DNA of 64,000 nt, from the NCBI GenBank assembly GCA_018651725.1, contig JABIDK010000006.1, forward strand, positions 48,482-112,481, written 5' to 3'. Made by a program: the position numbers and the translations under genes. Below the pieces are notes generated by a model, which had not been told where the DNA came from, made no database searches, and worked only from the letters and a program-made list of their open reading frames with translations. This document shows, piece after piece, positions 47,330-56,527 of this stretch; the first letter of the stretch is position 1, and the number at the start of each line of letters is the position of its first letter. The DNA comes from Candidatus Falkowbacteria bacterium (GTDB taxonomy: Bacteria; Patescibacteriota; Patescibacteriia; JAACEG01).

Positions 47330-49051
47330 ATGACTATATTAGGAATATCTTGTTATTACCATGATTCATCAGCCTGTCTTATAAAGGACGGCAAGTTAGT
47401 TGCGGCTGTTCAAGAAGAAAGATTTGATCGAAATAAATATTCATCCGCTTTTCCTATAAACTCTATTAATTATTGCCTCCAATCCGCTAATTTAACCTCT
47501 TATGATATTGACTATGTAGCTTTTTATGAAAAGCCCTTTTTAAAATTTGAAAGAATAATTTTGAATCACTTAAGATCTTATCCCTTTTCTTTAAAAAATT
47601 TTTTAGATACAACACCTCATTGGCTTAAAGATAGGCTAATCTTGCCACTAACACTTAAAGAAGAGCTGGGTTTCAAAGGAGATGTTTTTTTTATTAAACA
47701 TCATCTGGCTCATGCGGCAAGTACTTTTTTAACATCTCCTTTTGATAAAGCGGCAATTTTAACGGTGGATGGAGTCGGAGAATGGGCTACTACAACTTAT
47801 GGAACAGGAAAAGATAATAAAATAAATGTGTTAAAAGAAATTAAATACCCAAACTCTCTAGGACTTCTTTATTCAATTGTAACAACTTATCTTGGCTTTA
47901 GGGTTTTTTCTGGGGAGGGCAAGGTTATGGCCCTTGCTGAAACTGGTGACCCAAAATATTTAGATAAATTTAAAAAAATAATCAGCATCAAAGATGACGG
48001 TAGCTTTAGATTAAATAAAAAATATTTTTATTTTAATAAAGGTGGGCGGATGTATAACAATAATTTTATTAAACTTTTCGGTGATCCAAGAAGGGAAAAA
48101 GAGGATATTAAAGATAGGCATCGGGACGTAGCGGCTAGCTTACAAAAAACAGTAGAGGATATTATTTTAAAGATGGTTAAGCATATTCACAAAGAGACTG
48201 GTCTTGATAATTTGTGTCTCGCAGGAGGTGTTTTTTTAAATGTTACAACTAATACTAGAATAGTAAAAGAGTCTTTTTTCAAAAATGTTTTTATCCAACC
48301 AGCTGCCGGAGATAACGGTAGTGCCTTGGGAGCGGCTTTTTATGTGTATAATTCTTTAAAAAATCAACCAAGAAAGCATGTTATGAAAAATGCTTGTTTG
48401 GGGCCAGAATATAGTGATAAAAAAATTAAGATCTTTTTATCAAACAAGGGTGTTAAATTTAAACGACTAGAGAACGATGAACTGACAAAATATGTTGCCA
48501 AAAAAATTTCTCAAGATAAAATAGTTGGTTGGTTTCAAGGACGAATGGAGTTTGGTCCGCGAGCTTTGGGAAATAGGAGTATTTTAGCAAATCCCGGTAA
48601 TCCGAAAATAAAAGATATTTTAAACAAGAAAGTAAAGCACCGTGAATCATTTCGACCATTTGCAATCAGTATTTTACGCGAAGATTTAAATGATTTTTTT
48701 GACCTTGAAATTGATAGTCCTTTTATGCTTTTGGTCGGTAAGGTTAAAAAAGACGAGGTGAATTCCGGAGGAAGAGAGGGTGGTCTGGGCCAAAAAAAAG
48801 AATTAATTCCTGGAGCGCTTCACACTAATAATACCTCTCGTATCCAAACTGTTAAAAAAGAAGACAATGAGCTTTACTATAATTTAATTAAAGAATTTAA
48901 AAATATCACCGACTTACCTCTTGTAATTAACACCTCTTTTAACGATCAAGAGCCAATAGTCTGCACGCCCGAAGAAGCTTATAATTGCTTCGCAAGAACT
49001 AAAATCGATGTTTTAGTATTAGGAAATTATATCGTTGAAAAATATGTTTAA
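47330..49051 (+). CDS. Carbamoyltransferase (NodU/CmcH family)
   Basis: 'ILGISCYYHDSSACLIKDGKLVAAVQEERF' is the Kae1/YgjD-like N-domain of NodU-type O-carbamoyltransferases. Length is 573 aa. Confidence 0.8.
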   Translation: MTILGISCYYHDSSACLIKDGKLVAAVQEERFDRNKYSSAFPINSINYCLQSANLTSYDIDYVAFYEKPFLKFERIILNHLRSYPFSLKNFLDTTPHWLKDRLILPLTLKEELGFKGDVFFIKHHLAHAASTFLTSPFDKAAILTVDGVGEWATTTYGTGKDNKINVLKEIKYPNSLGLLYSIVTTYLGFRVFSGEGKVMALAETGDPKYLDKFKKIISIKDDGSFRLNKKYFYFNKGGRMYNNNFIKLFGDPRREKEDIKDRHRDVAASLQKTVEDIILKMVKHIHKETGLDNLCLAGGVFLNVTTNTRIVKESFFKNVFIQPAAGDNGSALGAAFYVYNSLKNQPRKHVMKNACLGPEYSDKKIKIFLSNKGVKFKRLENDELTKYVAKKISQDKIVGWFQGRMEFGPRALGNRSILANPGNPKIKDILNKKVKHRESFRPFAISILREDLNDFFDLEIDSPFMLLVGKVKKDEVNSGGREGGLGQKKELIPGALHTNNTSRIQTVKKEDNELYYNLIKEFKNITDLPLVINTSFNDQEPIVCTPEEAYNCFARTKIDVLVLGNYIVEKYV

Positions 49052-52000
49052 AAAAATAACTTTAATTTTTTTAGGAGTTTTGATATCTCTAACTTTGCTT
49101 GAGATCAGTTTGCGTTTAGCCGGCAAAGGGTTTTTGTATATTCAAGAAAAAAGAAATATAGTTAGTGAAGAAAAAAATGTTTTTACGATTTTGTGTATCG
49201 GAGAATCAACTACTGCGCTTGCCGGGGATAAAACCAATATTTTTTTAACGGATAAGGAATCTTTTCCAAGACAGTTGGAAGAGATTTTAAATGAAAAATA
49301 CGATGATACGGAATTTAAAGTTATCAATAAAGGTATAATGGTCGGTGATTCAATAAAAATCTTAAGGGAACTAGAAGATGACTTAAATGAATATAATCCC
49401 GATATGGTGATTTCTATGATGGGATTAAAAGACACAAATCATACCTCGCTCTTTAATAAACCAATGATTCTGTCCGGAAATAAGAAAATTGATGAAAAGG
49501 AAGACGATTTTTTTTGGGAGAAGTTTAAAATCTATGGCCTTGTAGGTTTTATTAAAGAGCGCTTGGGAAATAACAAAACCTTGGAAGAAAAAATAGATTT
49601 AGAGGGATTAGCCGAAGATGTTTATTTTACACCTGATCTTTACGCTCGGATTTTTCACTTTAAAGAAGGAGAACGCATCGATGAAGGCACAATGAAAAAA
49701 CTTCTTATAGGGAAATTTTATGAGGATCGGGGCATGTATACTGAGGCAGAAAAGATATATAAAGAAGAAGTGAAAAATAAAAAAGCCGGGTATTTGGGGC
49801 TGGTCAGCGTTTACACACAGGAAGAAAAGTTTATAGAAGCTGAGGAAGTATTAAAAAAGGCCATCAGCGAAAATCCAAATTACAGTATTTACATAGCTGA
49901 GCTAGGAAAGCTCTATGAGGAAATAAATAAAGAACAAGAAGCTGAAGAAATGTTTTTGCAGGCCATTGAAATAGACGCAAACGAATATGTTTATATTGAG
50001 GCCGGTAAATTCTATAAAGTAACCGGTAACCATAAAAAAGCCGAGGAGATGTTTTTGCGCGCTATTGAAGTAAATGAAAAAGAATTTTACGCTTTTGAAG
50101 AAGCCGGTAAATTTTACAAAGAAGTTGGTAACCAAGAAAAAGCTGAAGAGCTGTTTCTAAAAGCAATTGAAGTTAATCCGCAAAAACACACGAGTTATCT
50201 TAATCTTGAAGATCTTTATAGTCAACAAAAAGATTATATTAAAGAGGAGAATATTTACAAGCAAGCGATTGTTGCTAACCAGAGAATCGGCGAATACTTT
50301 GAGCTTGTGAAATTTTATCAAAATCATGAAAAAGAAGAAGGTGCTAAAAAAGTTTTTGTTGACGCTCTTAAAAATGTTCCCTCTTATGGACATAACTACA
50401 AAATGCTTTTAGAAATTTTAGAGGAAAAAAATATACCTTTAGTAGCTATGGGCTACCCTTCTTATAATTTGGGTTTATTAAAAAATATTTTCCCTGAAAA
50501 TGATAAAATAACATTTATTGATAATAAAAATGTTTTTGAAAGTAGAGATCAAGAAGATTTTTATTTTGAAAATAAATTTCCTTATCAATTTAATCATTAC
50601 ACAAAATTGGGAGCCAAATTAATAGCAGACAATATTGCCAGCGCTATCGAAGATAGTGTTAAAAAAATAAATCAGCCAGAGGCTGGTCAGTCTCTGGCTG
50701 AAAAACAAGAATTAGGGGTTGATTTATCTTGTCCGGATTGCAATCTGATTGTTGTGTCTCTTTCTAATGTTCGGAAGGATCATTTGGGGCTTTATGGATA
50801 TTCTCGCGATACCTCCCCTAATATCGATGAATTTTTTAAAGATTCAATTGTGTTTGACTCTACTTTTGCACCGGCTTCTTGGACTTTCACAAACGCGGTT
50901 TCGTTTTTGACATCGCTTTCTCCGTATAAACATGGTATAATGGAAAGGAAGAAAAATGTTAATTTATCAAAGATAAATAACATAAAATTTTTAGCTGAAA
51001 TTTTAAAAGATAATAACTATAAAACAGCCGCTTTTGTCAGTGATGAAGACTATAACCGCAAATATGGGCTGAATAGGGGCTTTGATACTTTCTTTGATAA
51101 AAATAGTTATTTTGATTATGGCATAAAGTTTAATCCCGGGGAGTATAATATCGGGACCAAGCAACTTGTTGGTCCGGCCGTAGATTGGATGAAAGAAAAT
51201 TATAAAGATAAATTTTTTTTGCTTCTTCAGGGTTTTGATGCTCATTGTCCGTATACGCCAAATAGCCCTTACGATAAAAAATTTAGTTCTAAGGAGAGTA
51301 AACAAGATTTTTCTGAGTGCTATATTACTCCTAAAGTTGTTGAATCAATAGAAACAGATAGTGGAAAAAAGTGGCCATTGCAAAGCTGGTCTTCCTTTAA
51401 AGAAAAAGGAGATGAAAAAATATTGTTTAAGAAAGAAGATATCGAACAAATGATAACGCTTTATGATGGAGAAATAGCCCAAGCCGATAATAATTTAAAA
51501 GATTTGTTTGAAACAATAGAAGATCTGGACTTAACAAAAAATACAATAATTGTTTTCTTGTCAGAACACGGTGAATTATTTGGTGAAAACGGATTTTTTA
51601 TGAGAGTTTCTTTAAGCGCTCAGGGAACTTTAAACGATAAAATAATTAATATTCCTTTTATAATGAAGCATCCTAAGGTAGATAGAGCGATGCAAATTGA
51701 TAGTCTAGTTCAATTGATTGATTTAGCGCCTACTTTTTTACAGATCTTAGGACTGGAAGGATACTATGGCGGGCAGATGCAGGGTAAAAGTATTGTACCG
51801 GTTATTACTAAAAACAAAGAAGTGAATGAATTTGTTTATGGGGGCGTAAAGCGAAAACATTCTATTTATGATCCAGACGAGGTTTTTCTAACCGAGTTTA
51901 TTAGAGACAAGCAATGGAAGCTGTTAAAAGAAATAATAATAAACAGTAAATCACAAGAGCAAATTTCGGAATTTTACGGACTTTATAATACAATAAAAGA

Positions 52001-52094
52001 TTCTGAGGAGAAAGAAAATTTATATGATCAAAATAACAATATAGCAAAACAATTATTAAATAATTTAAACTTATGGGTAACAGAACAAAAGTAA
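49035..52094 (+). CDS. Multidomain membrane-anchored protein: SGNH-like hydrolase blocks split by TPR repeats, plus C-terminal sulfatase-fold (AlkP-superfamily) domain
   Basis: N-terminal TM. 'LCIGESTTA' is like SGNH block I. 'FNHYTKLGAKLIA' is like block V. Between them are ~6 TPR-like repeats ('AEEMFLQAIEID...AEELFLKAIEVNP'). The C-terminus has 'CPDCNLIVVSLSNVRKDHLGLYGY' and 'SEHGELFGENG'. Confidence 0.55.
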   Translation: MKNMFKKITLIFLGVLISLTLLEISLRLAGKGFLYIQEKRNIVSEEKNVFTILCIGESTTALAGDKTNIFLTDKESFPRQLEEILNEKYDDTEFKVINKGIMVGDSIKILRELEDDLNEYNPDMVISMMGLKDTNHTSLFNKPMILSGNKKIDEKEDDFFWEKFKIYGLVGFIKERLGNNKTLEEKIDLEGLAEDVYFTPDLYARIFHFKEGERIDEGTMKKLLIGKFYEDRGMYTEAEKIYKEEVKNKKAGYLGLVSVYTQEEKFIEAEEVLKKAISENPNYSIYIAELGKLYEEINKEQEAEEMFLQAIEIDANEYVYIEAGKFYKVTGNHKKAEEMFLRAIEVNEKEFYAFEEAGKFYKEVGNQEKAEELFLKAIEVNPQKHTSYLNLEDLYSQQKDYIKEENIYKQAIVANQRIGEYFELVKFYQNHEKEEGAKKVFVDALKNVPSYGHNYKMLLEILEEKNIPLVAMGYPSYNLGLLKNIFPENDKITFIDNKNVFESRDQEDFYFENKFPYQFNHYTKLGAKLIADNIASAIEDSVKKINQPEAGQSLAEKQELGVDLSCPDCNLIVVSLSNVRKDHLGLYGYSRDTSPNIDEFFKDSIVFDSTFAPASWTFTNAVSFLTSLSPYKHGIMERKKNVNLSKINNIKFLAEILKDNNYKTAAFVSDEDYNRKYGLNRGFDTFFDKNSYFDYGIKFNPGEYNIGTKQLVGPAVDWMKENYKDKFFLLLQGFDAHCPYTPNSPYDKKFSSKESKQDFSECYITPKVVESIETDSGKKWPLQSWSSFKEKGDEKILFKKEDIEQMITLYDGEIAQADNNLKDLFETIEDLDLTKNTIIVFLSEHGELFGENGFFMRVSLSAQGTLNDKIINIPFIMKHPKVDRAMQIDSLVQLIDLAPTFLQILGLEGYYGGQMQGKSIVPVITKNKEVNEFVYGGVKRKHSIYDPDEVFLTEFIRDKQWKLLKEIIINSKSQEQISEFYGLYNTIKDSEEKENLYDQNNNIAKQLLNNLNLWVTEQK

Positions 52095-53848
52095 ATAATA
52101 AAAAAATAATTTTATTGTCTTTATTGGGGTTGATTTTAGCGCTCTTTGTTTTTCTTTTTCTAAAATATATTTTTCTAGAAAACAAAGGACAAAAATCACC
52201 TCCTACTACTCTATCGACCGCTAAAGAAGCTCCTTTATCACGATTTGAAAAATTTGATTTTGAAAATTTAAGATTAAATAAAGACGATAATTTATATTCT
52301 ATTAAACAAGGAGAAGTGTTTAAAAATAGCTCGCTAAAAGTTGAAAATAAAGAAAAAATTGGAAAATTGAAACGTTTGGCTATGTTTTATCTATGGAGTA
52401 AGGAAGATCCATTATTGACAAGTCCTGATTTTGATTTTGTAAATTTTGCCAAAAGTTTGGAAATTTTAGACAAAGACTCAAAAGAACTTTTTAAATTGTC
52501 TGGATTAGAAGATAATATTTTTCCAATAAGCTTTTTATCAAAAATGCAAGTTGTTGCCAGTAATCACTCTGCTTTTATGAACAATATCAGCGAGCAAAAC
52601 GCTGTCAGTCTTTTAGACTCACTTGACAAAGCTGTAACTGAGTACGAAAAAGAAGCTAAATATTTACATATAAAAGTAAGTAGTGTTAAAAAAGATGAAA
52701 ACTTTATATTTCTCCCCTCTCTTATGACTAACAGAGCAATCGTTATGAATGATCTAGGAAAGATAGTGGAAAATGCAAAAAAACTTTCCAGTGAAGTAGG
52801 AATAAGAAAAGAGTGTTTTTACGAAGATTCTTTTTTCTGTGTTTTACCGAAGCTTAGTCTGGAAAAACCCATTAGACCAGGTGAAGATGATTTTAGTTGG
52901 GCACCTTATTTAATGAATAAAGATAAATTATTTTATCCGATTGAATATAAAAATAGCTTATTTGAAGGTCCTTATCAAATAGAAACCAAATGTATAAAAC
53001 CGGCTAACTCTTCATTAGGCGATAAACAGTTAATTTATACAGCTGTTTCTGATAATAATTTATTAAACACCCCTATTCAATTTTTTAAGTCTGCTACTAA
53101 CAACTATTATTCTAATAATTTTGATCCAAAAATATTAGATAAGTTAAAGAATAAGAATGCAAAGTACAAACCAATGCCGGAGACCAACCCTTATGCCTGT
53201 GTTGATTTTGAGTATCTGCCAAAGGTGGCTGTTATTAATAGTTTTTTCTTAAATTATAAAAATAATCTTATTTTTGAGGGTATTCAAGGACAACATTATT
53301 TTAATGACTTAAACAAGGAATTACAAAAAACAATTAAAGAAGGAATGGAGGCAGAGAATAACTTTTTCAATAAAGACTACCCTACTTTAAAAGACTTAGA
53401 ATATTTATCCGAGGTTTATTTTTATGTTTACTCAAAAATGTTAAGCCAAAATTTTTTTGATGAAAATTTACAAGAGGAGTTATTAAATAGATATTTAATT
53501 GTGAACAGGGGGTTAAGCGATTTTGATTTGTTGTTTAATAATTTTACCTATTATTATATTAATCTTTTAAAAAGATATTCTTTAGCTGGGACAAAATTTT
53601 CTGAAGACCAAATTTATTTAACCAGAACCGCTTACTCATTGACCTTTTTCCCTTTTTCTTCTTCTGTTTGGCGTATTTCTGATAAGTTAAAATATTATAA
53701 TATTTTAGAAGAAAAAACTGACTCTCCCTTTACTGATTATAAAAGCGCGATTTTAAAATATAGTGAAAAAGAAGTTCTAAGCTGGAACGAAAATAACAAC
53801 ATGCCACAAATATACGAGCAATTGATTCAAGAAAGGTTGAAAAATTAG
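52073..53848 (+). CDS. Membrane-anchored hypothetical protein
   Basis: N-terminal TM. 591 aa. No motif recognised. Confidence 0.3.
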   Translation: MGNRTKVNNKKIILLSLLGLILALFVFLFLKYIFLENKGQKSPPTTLSTAKEAPLSRFEKFDFENLRLNKDDNLYSIKQGEVFKNSSLKVENKEKIGKLKRLAMFYLWSKEDPLLTSPDFDFVNFAKSLEILDKDSKELFKLSGLEDNIFPISFLSKMQVVASNHSAFMNNISEQNAVSLLDSLDKAVTEYEKEAKYLHIKVSSVKKDENFIFLPSLMTNRAIVMNDLGKIVENAKKLSSEVGIRKECFYEDSFFCVLPKLSLEKPIRPGEDDFSWAPYLMNKDKLFYPIEYKNSLFEGPYQIETKCIKPANSSLGDKQLIYTAVSDNNLLNTPIQFFKSATNNYYSNNFDPKILDKLKNKNAKYKPMPETNPYACVDFEYLPKVAVINSFFLNYKNNLIFEGIQGQHYFNDLNKELQKTIKEGMEAENNFFNKDYPTLKDLEYLSEVYFYVYSKMLSQNFFDENLQEELLNRYLIVNRGLSDFDLLFNNFTYYYINLLKRYSLAGTKFSEDQIYLTRTAYSLTFFPFSSSVWRISDKLKYYNILEEKTDSPFTDYKSAILKYSEKEVLSWNENNNMPQIYEQLIQERLKN

Positions 53849-53860
53849 TTTTAATTCAGT

Positions 53861-56515
53861 ATGAAGAAATTTATTATAATTTTATTTTTTGTATTAAGCG
53901 TTATTTTAATAACGCTTTTTTTCTCTGGTAAAACTGTTGATAGTGACCCGTTAAATTGTAAGGATTGTAATTTAATAATTATTTCTCTTACAAATACGCG
54001 CAAGGATAATCTCGGTATCTATAATCACAAAGAAATAACATCTCCTAATATTGATAATTTTTTCAAAAATTCACTTATTTTTGAAAATACTTTTTCTCCT
54101 TCTCCTTGGACACTTCCAAATGCTGCTACTTTATTTACCACCCTGCCACCTTTTAAACATAAAGTTATAAGTAGATACAAAGACAATAAACTGCCAAAAA
54201 ATGCAAAAACTTTAGCTCAAATTTTACAAGATAACAACTATAAAACAGCTGCTTTTACCGGGGGTGGAGATTATGATCGAAGTTATGGTTTCAATAAAGG
54301 CTTTGATGAGTATTATGACGAAAAAAAATTTGCCAAGCTAGATTACTATAAAGATGATATTATTTCTTGGTTAAACACTAATGAAAAAGATAAGTTTTTC
54401 TTATTCTTGCAAGGTTTTGATACGCACTGCCCTTTTTCTCCACCATCTTCACCAGAGACAAAAACATGTTTTTGGAATTTACATGATTCAGAAGAAGATT
54501 TAGTTTACACTCAGGGTGATAATAATGAGACAATCACAAAGATATTAAGCGAAAACGACAAGGAACAATTAAAAAACCTTTACAATGAAGAGATCCAGGA
54601 AGCGGATAATAATTTAGGAGAAATTTTTAAAACTATAACGGATTTAAAATTAGACAAAAAAACCATCATTGTTTTTTTGTCAGAGCACGGGGATTTACTG
54701 GGAGAAAAAAATCAATTTATGAGAACAGATGTAATTGGCAGTTTTTCCGATAAGGTTTTAAATATTCCTTTTCTTATTAAGCACCCCTTTATTAAAACAA
54801 AACAAAAAATCAATGAACTTGTACAATTGTCAGATGTAATGCCAAGTGTTTTAAGGATGTTAAATATTGATTATAAAAAAGAAAATTTACAAGGAAAAGA
54901 TATAACATCTTTGGTTAGTAGTAATAAAAAAATTAATGATTATGTTTACGCCGGGCTTACTTACAAGGGCACAGAAGACAGCCAATTTTTTAGAGATATA
55001 AGACTGGGGAGTATGATTAGAGATTTGAACAATAAATTAGTTCATTATCAGATTTTTGATTTAGAAAACAATAGTTCTACAAAAGATTATTATGAATTTT
55101 ATAATATTAAAAAAGATTCAAGTGAATTAAATAATAATATAAAAGAAGCAATTTCTACACCGGAATTTAAAAGTTTAAAAAATAAATTGTTTACAATAGA
55201 AAATAAAACAGTGAAAGAATTTTCTTTACCGTCTTTATTTGCCTCACAAATTGATAATGTTGTTTTAATCACAATCGATACGTTGCGCGCAGATCATTTG
55301 AGCTTTATGGGTTATCCTCGTAACACCTCACCCTTTTTAGATAAATTAGTAAAAAAAAGCATTTTATTTAAAAATGCTCACACAGTTATTCCAAACACCG
55401 CCCCATCTCACGCCTCTATTTTTACAGGCTTATATCCGTCACAGCATGGAGTAACAAATCAATACGAGGAACTAGAGGAACAGTTTGTGACCATAGCGGA
55501 AGTTTTTCAAGAAAACAGATACAAAACGTTGGGATTTTCTTCTAGTCAATTTTTATTTTCTGAAAATAATTTAAATCAAGGATTTGGCTTCATAAAGGAA
55601 ATAATACCTCAAAAAAATAAAAGATATTTCGGGAGGCCGGCAAGTGTTGTAATAAACAAGGTTATAGAAAAATTACCATCGAAAAATTCATTTTTATGGG
55701 TACATTTTTTAGATCCACATTATCCGTTTAATACTTATAACTCAGATTTTAAAAATAAATTTACTGATACCGACGATAGTCTTGTAGAATTTTGGATAAA
55801 AAATCAGGGAGTAAACTTAGATATCTATAAAAAAAACAAAAAAGAAAATTTAATAAAAACAATGAATGCCTATGACACGGAGATTTTATTTGTTGATCAG
55901 CAAATTGAAAAACTATATAATCACTTTGAGGAAAAAGGATTAAATAGCAATACGCTTTGGGTAATCACTTCTGATCACGGCGAAGGTCTGGGGAGTCATG
56001 ATTTTTTTGAACATGGAAATAAGTTGTACGAAGAAGAGTTGCTTGCCCCGATTATCTTTAAATTTCCAGGTCAACTTCAGCTGGAATCAAAAACAATAAA
56101 TACTTTGGTAGAAAATATTGATATTATGCCAACCATTTTGGATATTATGGATCTTCCTTTAAGTGACATAGAGATGCAAGGCAAATCATTGTTTGGGAAA
56201 ATTTTAGGAGACAAAAGTAAAGACGAGGAGTTTTCTGTTGCCTGGACAGGTAATCTTCCTAAGGGAGTAAGAAACCCGGAAATTGAGAGTATCAATTTTG
56301 ATAATGTTATTTGGGATGGTAATAAAATATCTATTCAAAATAATGAGTACAAATATATTTATAATATAGATATAGAAACTAAGAATGAACTTTACGATTT
56401 TAGAAATGATCCGCTTGAGAAAAATAACTTAATAAATAAATCATCGAACAAAGCAGATGAATTTAAAAATATTTTAATGCAAAAAATTAAGGAATTAAAA
56501 ATTTTACCAATTTAA
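53861..56515 (+). CDS. Membrane-anchored protein with two tandem sulfatase-fold (AlkP-superfamily) domains
   Basis: Domain 1 has 'CKDCNLIIISLTNTRKDNLGIY' and 'SEHGDLLGEKN'. Domain 2 has 'VVLITIDTLRADHLSFMGYPRNTSPFLD', 'NTAPSHASIFTGLYPSQHG' and 'TSDHGEGLGSHDFFEHG'. Confidence 0.6.
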   Translation: MKKFIIILFFVLSVILITLFFSGKTVDSDPLNCKDCNLIIISLTNTRKDNLGIYNHKEITSPNIDNFFKNSLIFENTFSPSPWTLPNAATLFTTLPPFKHKVISRYKDNKLPKNAKTLAQILQDNNYKTAAFTGGGDYDRSYGFNKGFDEYYDEKKFAKLDYYKDDIISWLNTNEKDKFFLFLQGFDTHCPFSPPSSPETKTCFWNLHDSEEDLVYTQGDNNETITKILSENDKEQLKNLYNEEIQEADNNLGEIFKTITDLKLDKKTIIVFLSEHGDLLGEKNQFMRTDVIGSFSDKVLNIPFLIKHPFIKTKQKINELVQLSDVMPSVLRMLNIDYKKENLQGKDITSLVSSNKKINDYVYAGLTYKGTEDSQFFRDIRLGSMIRDLNNKLVHYQIFDLENNSSTKDYYEFYNIKKDSSELNNNIKEAISTPEFKSLKNKLFTIENKTVKEFSLPSLFASQIDNVVLITIDTLRADHLSFMGYPRNTSPFLDKLVKKSILFKNAHTVIPNTAPSHASIFTGLYPSQHGVTNQYEELEEQFVTIAEVFQENRYKTLGFSSSQFLFSENNLNQGFGFIKEIIPQKNKRYFGRPASVVINKVIEKLPSKNSFLWVHFLDPHYPFNTYNSDFKNKFTDTDDSLVEFWIKNQGVNLDIYKKNKKENLIKTMNAYDTEILFVDQQIEKLYNHFEEKGLNSNTLWVITSDHGEGLGSHDFFEHGNKLYEEELLAPIIFKFPGQLQLESKTINTLVENIDIMPTILDIMDLPLSDIEMQGKSLFGKILGDKSKDEEFSVAWTGNLPKGVRNPEIESINFDNVIWDGNKISIQNNEYKYIYNIDIETKNELYDFRNDPLEKNNLINKSSNKADEFKNILMQKIKELKILPI

Positions 56516-56527
56516 CAACAGCCCCAT

